A DNA stretch of 13,889 nucleotides from Theionarchaea archaeon (GCA_018992685.1 JACVGT010000033.1:1-13889), one strand, 5' to 3'; positions 1-7,792 are shown, counted from the first letter of the stretch. A program made the numbers and translations. Notes: generated by a model from the letters alone, not told the origin.

Positions 1-1
1 C

Positions 2-79
2 TACTACAATCACGAAAGGTCTCACATGGGCATCAACGGTGCAACGCCTCACGCGAGATATGAGGAGCGGTTGCCATGA
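2..79 (+). CDS. C-terminal tail of an IS481/IS3-type (integrase core, DDE) transposase; 5'-truncated by the window edge
   Basis: Hand translation of frame +2 gives YYNHERSHMGINGATPHARYEERLP*, matching the Y-N-x-x-R-x-H-x-x-(L/I)-x-x-x-T-P motif that ends rve/integrase-core transposases. It is followed directly by an IS481-like end. Confidence 0.85.
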   Translation, partial: YYNHERSHMGINGATPHARYEERLP

Positions 80-89
80 GACTTATAAG

Positions 90-135
90 AAGTGTTACCT
101 ATGTGTGGTGTCAAAAGTGTCACCCATGTCTGGTG
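90..135 (+). repeat. Two 21-bp direct repeats (18/21 identical, 25-bp period); putative transposase-binding sites
   Basis: Direct comparison of 90-110 with 115-135. Confidence 0.85.
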
Positions 136-156
136 ATATTACAGGTGATTGCGGTA

Positions 157-172
157 CACAACCCTTTTATTC
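157..172 (+). promoter_or_regulatory. Putative archaeal BRE/TATA promoter of the HAD-nfeD-truD operon
   Basis: CACAACCC-TTTTATTC; TTTTAT starts at 165, which is 28 bp before ATG 193 and 25 bp before ATG 190. Confidence 0.5.
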
Positions 173-189
173 TATAGGAGCATGGGGAC

Positions 190-849
190 ATGATGATTAA
201 GGCAGTAACTTTCGATCTGTGGGGTACCTTGATACTGGATTCCTTACAGTACGAGAAAGAGCTTACACGTAAGAGAGAAGATCTTCTGTATGGTACCCTG
301 GAAGGGCTTTCCAGCAGAGAAGATATCAGGAAAGCCATGGAATATGCACGGTCTGGAATTGAAAGGACTCGCAAAACCATGAGAGATGTTCCCACGTCTG
401 AGCATATCAGGCTGCTCCAGTCATTTCTGAAAGTTGACAGTGACCTGGAACCTGCCTACACCGAGGCCATCTTGCACATGCTGCCTCCTCTCAACCCTCA
501 TTCTCGCGAGGTTCTCACCAAGGTGAAATCAGTGGCCAGAGTAGGCCTCATCTCCAACACAGGGATAACCCCGGGAGGCGTAATTCGAAAAGCCCTATCA
601 GACCTGGGGATCTGGTCGTTTTTTGATGTCGGATTGTTCTCCAATGAGGTGGGATATCTGAAACCTCATCCCAAGATATTCGAAGTGGCTTCCAGAGAAT
701 TGGAGGTTTCTCCTAGTGAGACTCTGCACGTTGGTGATGACAGGATCAATGATATTGAAGGTGCTTCGGCAGTGGGAATGAGCACCCTCCTGGTGGAAGA
801 GCCTGGCGATCTACGTCAGGTGTTGGAGGTGGTGTTCAATGGGAAATGA
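190..849 (+). CDS. HAD-superfamily hydrolase (subfamily IA)
   Basis: Motif I FDLWGTL, motif II ISN, motif III KPHPKIF, motif IV HVGDDRINDIEGA. The true start may be the second ATG (193). Confidence 0.93.
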   Translation: MMIKAVTFDLWGTLILDSLQYEKELTRKREDLLYGTLEGLSSREDIRKAMEYARSGIERTRKTMRDVPTSEHIRLLQSFLKVDSDLEPAYTEAILHMLPPLNPHSREVLTKVKSVARVGLISNTGITPGGVIRKALSDLGIWSFFDVGLFSNEVGYLKPHPKIFEVASRELEVSPSETLHVGDDRINDIEGASAVGMSTLLVEEPGDLRQVLEVVFNGK

Positions 850-1219
850 GGGAATGGCTGACAGAAAAGAGATTGCAGTCAGAGTAGGGGCCTTCAGTGC
901 GATTTATATTCTCGTGGCTGCAGTAGTACTCCTCTATCTTGAGATCGCATGGCTGATTGTCCCTGCTCTCATTGTTATTGCGGTTTGGGGGGCTTATGTA
1001 TACCACATGAATGTGAAAGTACTGGGAATGCCTGCGAGAATTATCAGTATTGAAGGAGCAGAAGGAAAGGCCCTGACTGATATATCTGATACTGGTAAGA
1101 TAAAGGTGAGAGGAGAAATCTGGAATGCGCAGACTTCTAGTCCCATCAAAAAAGGAGAAAAGGTGCGAGTCCTGCGCAGAGAGGGCATTGTCCTAGAGGT
1201 GGAACCTGTTGAAGATTAA
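839..1219 (+). CDS. nfeD: Short NfeD-family membrane protein (two TM helices plus C-terminal OB-fold)
   Basis: Hydrophobic N-terminal half, then G-x-EGKALTDISDTGKIKVRGEIWNA...IKKGEKVRVLRREGIVLEVEP, the NfeD C-terminal signature. A Shine-Dalgarno-like GGAGGTGGTG lies upstream, and the ORF overlaps the HAD stop by 11 bp. Confidence 0.88.
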   Translation: MGNEGMADRKEIAVRVGAFSAIYILVAAVVLLYLEIAWLIVPALIVIAVWGAYVYHMNVKVLGMPARIISIEGAEGKALTDISDTGKIKVRGEIWNAQTSSPIKKGEKVRVLRREGIVLEVEPVED

Positions 1220-2336
1220 GGAGAAGCCAGAAGATTTCGTGGTGGAAGAGGTCATTGAAATAACCCATACCGAGAATGAGTGTCTGGTCTGTACACTGGA
1301 GAAGACAGACTGGGATACCATAGGGGCGATAAAAGTTCTGGCCAGGAAGCTTGGAATATCTCAGAAGCGGATTGGGTTTGCTGGATTGAAGGACAGGCAG
1401 GCAGTGACCCGACAGAAGATATCTGTGTCAGGAGCGGATTTGGAGCAGCTGGAATCGGTGAAGATACCGCGGGTTTCAATCATTGATATTGAATGGGGGG
1501 ATCGCATACGGCTTGGAGATCATAGAGGAAATCGATTTATCATCATGGTGAGAGATGCTTTCTTGTCACCAGACGATGTGGAAAGAATTCGAAAAGGGTT
1601 TCCCAATTATTTTGGACCGCAGCGATTTGGTGAAGTACGGCCCATAACCCATGAAGTGGGCAGAGAACTGGTGAAGGGGGACCTGGATAAGGCTGCTCTT
1701 ATCTTTTTGGCAAAACCGTTTGAAAAAGAGAGATATTTCGAGGTGCGAAAAGAGCTGTGGGAAACGCATGATTTTGAGAGAGCAAGAAGGGAATATCCAT
1801 TCTCACTGAGGTATGAACGGGCCATGCTGGAGAATATTGGTAAGGGAGCGAAGAAGGCATTTGAAGCTCTGCCTCGACGGTTGAACACCCTTTTTATCCA
1901 CGCGTATCAGGCTTATATCTTTAATGAAATTGTAAGAAGGAGATCAAAAGCAGTTCCAGTTACTGAGGTTGAGCCGGGAGATGTGGTGGTTGACTGGGTT
2001 GGCACCCGGAGAGTTGTCACCATTGCGGGAGAACACAATATGGACAAGATTGCAGAACGAGGGCTATGTGCTGCTGCTCCCATTGTTGGGTACAAGACCC
2101 AGGCACGAGGGAGGATGAAAGAGATCACCCGGGAAATTCTGGAAGAAGAAGGCATTGTAAAAGAGGATTTTCGACTGAGGGAATTTCCTTCTTTGGCCAG
2201 CAGAGGGACATACAGAGAAATTGCAGGAAAAGCGCAGGATATCTCATACACATGTGAGGAAGGAGGAACTAAAATTGAGTTTTTTCTCCCAAAAGGTGAG
2301 TACGCTACAGTTTTCCTGAAAGAACTCCTTGGTTGA
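1209..2336 (+). CDS. truD: tRNA pseudouridine(13) synthase TruD/Pus7, archaeal type
   Basis: Motifs KEKPEDFVVEEV, FAGLKDRQAVTRQ (catalytic Asp), GNRF, GFPNYFGPQRFG, FIHAYQAYIFN and FFLPKGEYATVFLKEL. TTG start overlaps nfeD by 11 bp, with GAGGTGG upstream. Confidence 0.97.
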   Translation: MKIKEKPEDFVVEEVIEITHTENECLVCTLEKTDWDTIGAIKVLARKLGISQKRIGFAGLKDRQAVTRQKISVSGADLEQLESVKIPRVSIIDIEWGDRIRLGDHRGNRFIIMVRDAFLSPDDVERIRKGFPNYFGPQRFGEVRPITHEVGRELVKGDLDKAALIFLAKPFEKERYFEVRKELWETHDFERARREYPFSLRYERAMLENIGKGAKKAFEALPRRLNTLFIHAYQAYIFNEIVRRRSKAVPVTEVEPGDVVVDWVGTRRVVTIAGEHNMDKIAERGLCAAAPIVGYKTQARGRMKEITREILEEEGIVKEDFRLREFPSLASRGTYREIAGKAQDISYTCEEGGTKIEFFLPKGEYATVFLKELLG

Positions 2337-2339
2337 GAG

Positions 2340-2350
2340 TTTCCTTTTAT
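2340..2350 (+). terminator. Possible oligo-pyrimidine archaeal terminator after truD
   Basis: TTTCCTTTTAT immediately after the truD stop. Confidence 0.3.
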
Positions 2351-2378
2351 GTCTGCTCTTGCCAGTCGAATCAAACAT

Positions 2379-2394
2379 GGAAAGACTTAAATAC
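2379..2394 (+). promoter_or_regulatory. Putative BRE/TATA promoter of the CHAT gene
   Basis: GGAAAGAC-TTAAATAC; TTAAATA at 2387-2393, 30 bp before ATG 2417. Confidence 0.6.
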
Positions 2395-2416
2395 TTATAA
2401 GGTTAAGAAAGCTTAA

Positions 2417-5400
2417 ATGCCTCGGAGAATGTGGAGATTAGTTGAGAAGAAGTGCACATTGGTGGTACTAATTGGGATATGTATGTGGATAACTTTTATT
2501 CCACTATCGAGAGCAACTGCTTCTGCCTGGAGTTATCACATTGAAGGAATAACAGCTTCAGCAATGTCAAGAAACGGTGAATACGTAATTATAGGGACTC
2601 AGGAAGGATATTTCTATGTTTTTGACAAATTCGGGAACGTTCTGAGAACTGATCAGGTCACAAGCAAGATCACTGTTCTTGGCATTTCGGAAAACGGAAC
2701 GTTCTTCATTGGAACAACTATAGGTTACTACCTGTCTACGCTGAAAGGTGAGCCACAGATAGATTTCAATGACAGAACTCCTGTTACTTCAGTTTCAATG
2801 TCAGATGATGGGGAGGGTATCATAGTAGGGACACAAAGACAGATCTACCTATTCCTCCAATCCACCCTGGCAAAAGAACTATACGTGTGCGCTTCTTTGG
2901 AAACCTGCACAAAAGAGGACCAGGTTAAGACTACAGCGATCTCATCACTTGGGGAGGTGGCAGTTGCAGCTACGGAAACCTTTCTTCATCTGTCCAAGAA
3001 TACCGAGGGTACATGGCGGAGCAGGGAATTTGATGGAGAGAAGATAACTGCCCTCGCTATTTCTGACAACGGGGAGATTGTCGTTTGTGGAACTTGGAAT
3101 GGTTCTATCTTTGTTTTCGATTCTGATCTGAACTACATCACTAGCTGTCAAACCCCAGGAAGAGTAGAAGATATCGAGATCAGTGCCGATGGTACCAATG
3201 TCTTGTGTGGAATCGAAAATGGACTAATCGCCCTCCTAAGAACAGATGGCAGAATAGTGTGGCAGAGGAAATCTGAGGAATTCTCTGGCCCTGTTTGCAT
3301 ATCCAGCGATGACAAAATCATTGCAGTCACGGGCAGCAGGCTCGACATTTTGGATCATTCTGGAAAGACTCTTCAGGGAATCTCTGTTCCAGGAGAATTG
3401 AATGAAATTCATCTCTCCCGCAATGGGCAGTATCTCTGGTGTGTCACGACTGATGAAGTAGTATTCTACGAGTTGTATGATAATACTTACAGGTTCACCA
3501 GAGAATATAGGTACTCCTCACGAAAATCCCTTCCACTTAGTGACACCCTCGTAGAAAAAGCAAGTCTGTTAAGTGCGATAGAAAGGCCAAATAGATTTCA
3601 AATAGGGGATATTGACGGTGATGGGGAAAATGAGATAATCATCGAGTCCGGCAAAAAGATTGTCGTGACTGACAAAGTTGGAAGAATCCTATCCGAAATT
3701 GACTTTGCGAGTGAGCCACAATTACAGCGACTCTTGGATGTTACAGGAGACTTGATACCTGAAATCATAATTAGTCATTCAGATGGACGAATGAGTCTGG
3801 AATTTTACAGTGGGAAAGGCGAATTTCTCGCCCAACACGAATTCTTCAATCAATGGTGGAGCCAACCTACAGTTGGAATCAATATTTCACCTTTTGCAGC
3901 ATTTGACATTGACGATGACGGAAGAATAGAAGTAATCTGTGTTTTATCAGCTGCATATGTGATGATCCCTCGAGGAATCTACGTTTTTGAGTATCCCACA
4001 TTCTCAGATGAATGGTTCTACCCGTATGCGCCTATAGTCGTAACGGCCACACTCGTTGACCTTGACGGGGATGAGGATTTGGAAATTCTCATCGGATCAA
4101 ATGCACCCTGCAATGGAAGAAGCGTAGGGAATACTGATGATTGCCATGCATATGTAGCAGCCGTTGATTCGCAGGGAAACGAATTATGGATTAGAGAGGT
4201 CGGGGAGGGCTACACGAGGGCTTGGATCGATGCTGCTGATCTTGATGATGATGGTAGTAATGAGATTGTGTGTTGTGGCTGGTATTTTGACGATACATGG
4301 GGGAAGTTATTTGTTCTTGACAAAGATGGTGACTACGTATGCGGAGAAGACAACGTGTTCCAGCATTCAGTCTTTCTGGGCGGCATTTCCGATCTTGACG
4401 ACGATGGAAAAAAGGAGATTCTTGTCTTTACATCTGACGGAAATATTATCATCTACGATTCTCTCTTGAATCTAAACTGCAGTCGAAATATTGAAATGAA
4501 CATGACGAGGCTCACTTCGGCTATCATTAATGATATTGATGCCGATGGCGAAAAAGAAATCATTTTGTCCTCAAATGATGAAAGAGTGTACATCTTGGAT
4601 AGAGCTCTTGATATTGAATGGACGACATCTTTTCCAGGGGTTGAAAAGAGGATCTATTCTCTTGTCACCGCCCTATTCGGATGCAAGAACGATCTCATAC
4701 TCTTGAGCGATACGATGCATGTTTACTCACATCAATATGATAATGCATCAGGGCCCTGCCCCTTATGGGAAATTACAGAGCGAACCCTCTCAGAGGAAGC
4801 CAATGCCAATGAAATACTGGGACAGTCTGCTTTCGAGGGTAAGAATTACATAAGTTCCAGAATCCACTACAAGAATGCACTTGAAATATACACGGAGCTG
4901 GAGGATGGAGAGAAAATAGGAGAACTATCTGAAACAGTCTTCAAGCTAGATATACGAATAGGGTTAATCCTTCTGGTCGTATCTGATATAGGACTTTGTG
5001 CATTCATGACCCGTTCATGGCTAAGAAGAAGATGGTCTAATATGGCCGAAGGAGGCCTCCTTCTCAGTCTTCCTGTTCTTCTCGGACTATTGGAAGTCCA
5101 TGCCGCTCATGAGAATTATCTTCGAACATTCGCAACATTTACCACACCTTTTCTCATTGGTTCTGTAGTCATCATTCTACGCAGGAAAGTCATCGGATTT
5201 TCAAGGACAATTGCATCCATACTCTCTGGTCACAAGGACGTGCTGGTGCTCTCTATTATGAGATCAGATGGATCTTACAGGGTATCCGCTGAAAGCATTG
5301 GCGAGAAGTTTCGACCGGTAAAAGAGTCCAGAATAGTTGAACTCTCACCAGCAATGAAGAAAGAGCTCGTAAAGAAGGCAGAATTCGTAGTCAGAGTAAT

Positions 5401-6187
5401 AAGTCAGTTTTCATCCACAGATGAACAGGAAGTACCCATTGATTATGCAGAAGACGTTCTGGCAGAAATTGGAGGAGCCATATTTTCACGATTTATTCCT
5501 CAAGACTTTTCTGATATTCTGAGAGCCAAATTCTTGCTACTGGAGGTGGAGGACACTGAGATTCCTTGGGAGCTCATGTTCTCTCATACGTTCTTTGCCT
5601 CGAAATATGCCGTATCAAGAAGAATCGTTGCCAGTGAATCAGTGACTGTCCGTCAGAGGAAAACCAATGGAAAAAGAGCGCTCGTCATTTGCGATCCCAG
5701 TGGAACACTGCCAGATGCAAGGAAAGAATGCCGGATTGTCTATGGCAGATTGAACCAAAAGATGGAGACAGTATACATTGAAGGGAGCGATGCTACCATA
5801 CAGGATGTAACCTCCTTATTGAATACAGGGTTTGACATTATTCATTTTGCTGGTCATGTAGAGAATGGTCTCGTCCTCTCTGACGGTATCATGCACCCTG
5901 AGTCGGTGAGAGCATGTGTCTCAGGGATCCCCGTGGTCTTTGTGAACGGATGCAAGTCAGAAGACCTCGCTCAGGCTTTTCTCCTGGGAGGTGCCATGGC
6001 ATACGTTGGCACTCTTCACCCAGTGCATGACGATTCAGCGGCTGAAATTGCCTCGGACTTCTACGATCTATGTCTTCAGTACCAAATCGGAGAAGCCTTA
6101 AGGAGGGCGAGGGAGAATCACAGGGAGAGAAACCTGGTTTGGGCTTCTCTGGTGATGTATGGAGACCCTACCCTGAAATTGTTTTAG
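2417..6187 (+). CDS. Membrane-anchored multidomain CHAT (caspase HetF/TPR-associated, clan CD) protease: signal peptide, WD40/PQQ-like propeller, FG-GAP/VCBS propeller, TPR-like helices, 3 TM helices, CHAT
   Basis: Hydrophobic N-terminus ending ...SRATASA; repeated (S/A)(M/I)S-x-(N/D)G-x-x-(I/V)(I/V)-x-GT blades (aa ~40-350); seven D-x-(D/T)-x-D-x-x-x-E-(I/V) motifs (aa ~398-716); hydrophobic helices at ~848-866, ~879-894 and ~905-921; CHAT motifs IPWELM, ALVICDP, LPDARKE, IIHFAGH (H1147), VFVNGCKS (C1179), LAQAFLLGGA, VGTLHPVHD, GEALRRAR and W-x-x-LVMYGDP. Confidence 0.93.
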   Translation: MPRRMWRLVEKKCTLVVLIGICMWITFIPLSRATASAWSYHIEGITASAMSRNGEYVIIGTQEGYFYVFDKFGNVLRTDQVTSKITVLGISENGTFFIGTTIGYYLSTLKGEPQIDFNDRTPVTSVSMSDDGEGIIVGTQRQIYLFLQSTLAKELYVCASLETCTKEDQVKTTAISSLGEVAVAATETFLHLSKNTEGTWRSREFDGEKITALAISDNGEIVVCGTWNGSIFVFDSDLNYITSCQTPGRVEDIEISADGTNVLCGIENGLIALLRTDGRIVWQRKSEEFSGPVCISSDDKIIAVTGSRLDILDHSGKTLQGISVPGELNEIHLSRNGQYLWCVTTDEVVFYELYDNTYRFTREYRYSSRKSLPLSDTLVEKASLLSAIERPNRFQIGDIDGDGENEIIIESGKKIVVTDKVGRILSEIDFASEPQLQRLLDVTGDLIPEIIISHSDGRMSLEFYSGKGEFLAQHEFFNQWWSQPTVGINISPFAAFDIDDDGRIEVICVLSAAYVMIPRGIYVFEYPTFSDEWFYPYAPIVVTATLVDLDGDEDLEILIGSNAPCNGRSVGNTDDCHAYVAAVDSQGNELWIREVGEGYTRAWIDAADLDDDGSNEIVCCGWYFDDTWGKLFVLDKDGDYVCGEDNVFQHSVFLGGISDLDDDGKKEILVFTSDGNIIIYDSLLNLNCSRNIEMNMTRLTSAIINDIDADGEKEIILSSNDERVYILDRALDIEWTTSFPGVEKRIYSLVTALFGCKNDLILLSDTMHVYSHQYDNASGPCPLWEITERTLSEEANANEILGQSAFEGKNYISSRIHYKNALEIYTELEDGEKIGELSETVFKLDIRIGLILLVVSDIGLCAFMTRSWLRRRWSNMAEGGLLLSLPVLLGLLEVHAAHENYLRTFATFTTPFLIGSVVIILRRKVIGFSRTIASILSGHKDVLVLSIMRSDGSYRVSAESIGEKFRPVKESRIVELSPAMKKELVKKAEFVVRVISQFSSTDEQEVPIDYAEDVLAEIGGAIFSRFIPQDFSDILRAKFLLLEVEDTEIPWELMFSHTFFASKYAVSRRIVASESVTVRQRKTNGKRALVICDPSGTLPDARKECRIVYGRLNQKMETVYIEGSDATIQDVTSLLNTGFDIIHFAGHVENGLVLSDGIMHPESVRACVSGIPVVFVNGCKSEDLAQAFLLGGAMAYVGTLHPVHDDSAAEIASDFYDLCLQYQIGEALRRARENHRERNLVWASLVMYGDPTLKLF

Positions 6188-6315
6188 TTAAATACCTCGG
6201 TCAGTTCAGTTCTCGTAGGGAGCTTCCAAGGTACTCTCTAGCAGAATCCGAAATCACAGATTCCTGATCGAGGCCTCCGAAGGACCACACCGAATTAGTG
6301 AAATCAAGTAATTTC

Positions 6316-6353
6316 CCTGAATATCCAATTCGAGACCCGGTGGATAATTCAGG
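6316..6353. repeat. Inverted repeat / hairpin (12-bp stem with one bulge, 13-nt loop)
   Basis: CCTGAATATCCA (6316-6327) pairs with TGGATAATTCAGG (6341-6353; reverse complement CCTGAATTATCCA). Confidence 0.65.
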
Positions 6354-6414
6354 ATATGACTCGTGGGGATACTGGACATCCTGGGTTAGAACCTTTAACC
6401 TGACAAGAGTGAAC

Positions 6415-6430
6415 ACCAAAAGAATATAAG
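6415..6430 (+). promoter_or_regulatory. Putative BRE/TATA promoter of xpb-bax1
   Basis: ACCAAAAG-AATATAAG; the box starts at 6423, 29 bp before ATG 6452. Confidence 0.55.
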
Positions 6431-6451
6431 TGATGCATCCAAGCAGGCGCA

Positions 6452-7780
6452 ATGATTCTCCAGTTTTACAAGGGGACTATCCAGATTCAGGGAGACTACC
6501 ACCTTCCCAATACTGCGTGGGATGAGAGATCAAGGACATACCGGGCTCAGGCCTTGTACTACAGAGAGATTACCACTTATCTTAAGCAATCAGCTATTGA
6601 GTACATCGATTCTGTTTTAGATCTGGTTCCCTGTCCTGAGCTGGCATTCTCAGTGGAGTTGCGGGATTACCAGCAGGAAGCGTTGTCAAGGTGGCTGAAA
6701 GATAAGAGAGGAGTCATCATACTCCCTACTGGTGCTGGGAAGACATATGCTGCCCTCAAGGCTATGGAAGCTGCAAATTGTGCCACATTAATTGTTGTCC
6801 CTACGCTGGATCTTGTTGATCAGTGGAAAGAGACTATTACACGTGTATCTTCAGAAGATGTGGAAGTGGGAGAGTATACGGGACGAACAAAGACATTGAA
6901 GGCCATAACTGTCACCACGTATGATTCTGCCTACATCAATATTGATCATCTGGGAAACAGGTTCAGACTAGTCGTATTTGATGAGGTTCACCACCTTCCC
7001 TCAGAAGGGTACCGGCACATTGCAGAGTTGTGTGCAGCCCCCTATCGCCTTGGATTGACTGCCACCTATGAGAGGGAGGACGGCCAGCATTATATGCTGC
7101 CCCGTCTTGTAGGAGGGAAGGTTTATGAAGTACATCCCCACCAGCTGGCAGGAACTCACCTATCTGAATTTGAGATACGGAAAATTAAGGTGGATATGTC
7201 GCCCGAAGAGCAGGAAAAATACGCTGAAAATATTACGATATTCAGGAACTACCTTCAGGCCAGTCATATCCGGATGAGAACCCCGGAAGATTTTCAGAAA
7301 GTGGTGTACAGGAGTGGGTATGATCCCCGTGCATGGCGGGCAGTGAAGGCTCGAAATGAAGCCAGAAGAATCGCTTATAACTCTCAATCAAAACTAGAGA
7401 GGCTGCAGGAATTGCTGGAGAGACACAGAACTGATAGAATCATTATCTTCACACGGTATAACGATCTGGTGTACCATATTTCAAAAGAGTTCTTTATCCC
7501 TTGTATAACCCATAAGACGGAAAAGAATGAACGGAAAGAGATTTTGAACAAATTTAAGAAAGGGAAGTATACAGTCATTGTAAGTTCACAGGTTCTGGAT
7601 GAGGGAATTGATGTCCCTGAAGCAAGTGTAGGTATCATCCTGAGTGGGACAGGAAGTGTCAGAGAATACACGCAGCGGCTGGGCAGGATTCTGCGACCGA
7701 CAGACAAGAAAGCTATCCTGTACGAGGTGATCTCACGAGGCACTGCAGAGATCCAGACGTCTGCCAGGAGGTCACGATAG
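6452..7780 (+). CDS. xpb: Archaeal XPB/Rad25 SF2 DNA repair helicase
   Basis: Q motif LRDYQQEA, Walker A LPTGAGKT, DEVH, GLTAT followed by the XPB-specific RED motif (YEREDG), LDEGIDVP and QRLGRILR; directly upstream of a DUF790 gene. Confidence 0.95.
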   Translation: MILQFYKGTIQIQGDYHLPNTAWDERSRTYRAQALYYREITTYLKQSAIEYIDSVLDLVPCPELAFSVELRDYQQEALSRWLKDKRGVIILPTGAGKTYAALKAMEAANCATLIVVPTLDLVDQWKETITRVSSEDVEVGEYTGRTKTLKAITVTTYDSAYINIDHLGNRFRLVVFDEVHHLPSEGYRHIAELCAAPYRLGLTATYEREDGQHYMLPRLVGGKVYEVHPHQLAGTHLSEFEIRKIKVDMSPEEQEKYAENITIFRNYLQASHIRMRTPEDFQKVVYRSGYDPRAWRAVKARNEARRIAYNSQSKLERLQELLERHRTDRIIIFTRYNDLVYHISKEFFIPCITHKTEKNERKEILNKFKKGKYTVIVSSQVLDEGIDVPEASVGIILSGTGSVREYTQRLGRILRPTDKKAILYEVISRGTAEIQTSARRSR

Positions 7781-7792
7781 TCGGGTGGGAGC

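Larger units (their letters stand above)
1..143 (+). mobile_element. Right end of an IS481-family insertion sequence
   Basis: The transposase tail is followed by two subterminal direct repeats, AAGTGTTACCTATGTGTGGTG (90-110) and AAGTGTCACCCATGTCTGGTG (115-135), then ends in ...ATATTACA (143). TGT...ACA termini and repeated TGT(T/C)ACC(C/T)ATGT boxes are typical of IS481-family ends. Confidence 0.78.

Noticed and set aside
90-135. Direct repeats read as a mini CRISPR array
   Set aside because: There are only two imperfect copies separated by 4 bp, with no spacers or cas genes. They are explained as IS subterminal repeats.
120-2374. Minus-strand and alternate-frame ORFs (120-395, 994-1188, 1252-1479, 1280-1486, 1566-1769, 1607-1888, 1913-2374, 2066-2257)
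   Set aside because: They are shadows of the well-supported HAD, nfeD and truD genes and show no recognisable motifs.
2945-6267. Small ORFs within or overlapping the CHAT gene (2945-3151, 3148-3348, 4164-4469, 6070-6267)
   Set aside because: They are antisense or off-frame to a motif-rich CDS. The MMMVVM run in 4164-4469 is just the off-frame reading of GAT-rich Asp codons.
6201-6452. 83-aa minus-strand ORF filling the CHAT-xpb spacer, with a hydrophobic N-terminus (a tempting CHAT substrate or inhibitor)
   Set aside because: Its TTG start abuts the xpb ATG and it runs through the xpb promoter, leaving no room for its own promoter, and it resembles no family I recognise. It is not fully excluded; a tBLASTn conservation test would decide.
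2417-7780. CHAT plus adjacent helicase read as a Craspase-type or helicase-protease defence operon
   Set aside because: No Cas or gasdermin genes are present. The helicase is a canonical XPB (RED motif, Bax1 partner) with its own promoter, 264 bp away.
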